Below are positions 19,042-19,502 of a DNA stretch of 19,502 nucleotides, piece after piece. Every line of letters starts with the position of its first letter. Position 1 is the stretch's first letter. Made by a program: the position numbers and the translations under genes. The notes under the pieces were generated by a model. That model was given only the letters and a program-made list of their open reading frames with translations, was not told the origin of the DNA and did not search any database. The stretch is taken from the NCBI GenBank assembly GCA_001179505.1, contig CDMY01000795.1, forward strand, positions 1 through 19,502. The letters run 5' to 3'. The stretch is from Vitrella brassicaformis CCMP3155 (taxonomy: Eukaryota; Protista; Chromerida).

Positions 19042-19502
19042 GACAAACACAGGACCAGGCCGTCGGGCCGCCTAGGGCATTCGGTGGAACTGCTGCCGCA
19101 GCTCATCTGGTAAGCGAGGAGGCGGTCACAAACTACCGAGGTCCCTAACTTGAGGCGCAGCATCGTGCTGACTAGAACGGTCATCGACATAATTCCCCCG
19201 CTCTGGTTTCGAATTCTTACTGACGGCAAAATGGATCTGCATTCCTTTGTTCGTTCTCGTTTAGCGGCACCATCTGCGTCTGGGCGCTCACGGCGGTTTC
19301 GCGTGACGCCCTAGGTTTGAGTCTTTGATCGGTCGTAAATTCGACCTCCAGAAGACCCGAATCCTCGCTTCCCATACAATAGCGGGCTCAGCAAATCCGA
19401 GAAATGGTCCCGGTGCAGTCCTATGGAAGTGTTTGCATTGAGTAAGGACAACATGTGCGCTGGAGTATTAAGCAAGGGATGATGAATATGGCATATTTCT
19501 AT

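Overview
Eukaryotic, repeat-rich draft-assembly window with two 300-N placeholder gaps and an Arabidopsis-type (CCCTAAA)3 tract. This fits a green alga or plant-lineage genome, but the taxon cannot be fixed from the window. At the left is one apparently intact host gene (minus strand, 274-2184): about 8 transmembrane segments, an ABM-like domain and an SRPBCC/polyketide-cyclase-like domain, with a recent 216-bp in-frame tandem duplication whose unit begins GT and ends AG. Next is a ~4.9-kb frameshifted APE-RT LINE (minus, 2778-~7641). A nest of restriction-like-endonuclease (RLE, CRE-like) non-LTR retrotransposon pieces from at least two families follows (7952-14559, plus a 179-bp piece at 16275-16453); three of them have clear 10-13 bp TSDs. 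A 60-bp minisatellite sits among them. At the right is a hidden intronless 449-codon frame (18873-17524, minus) broken only by in-frame TGA codons. It has a transit-peptide-like N-terminus, a second diverged copy at 16120-16780, and its homology to that copy ends at the telomeric tract. All family assignments come from motif recognition by eye; no database search was run.
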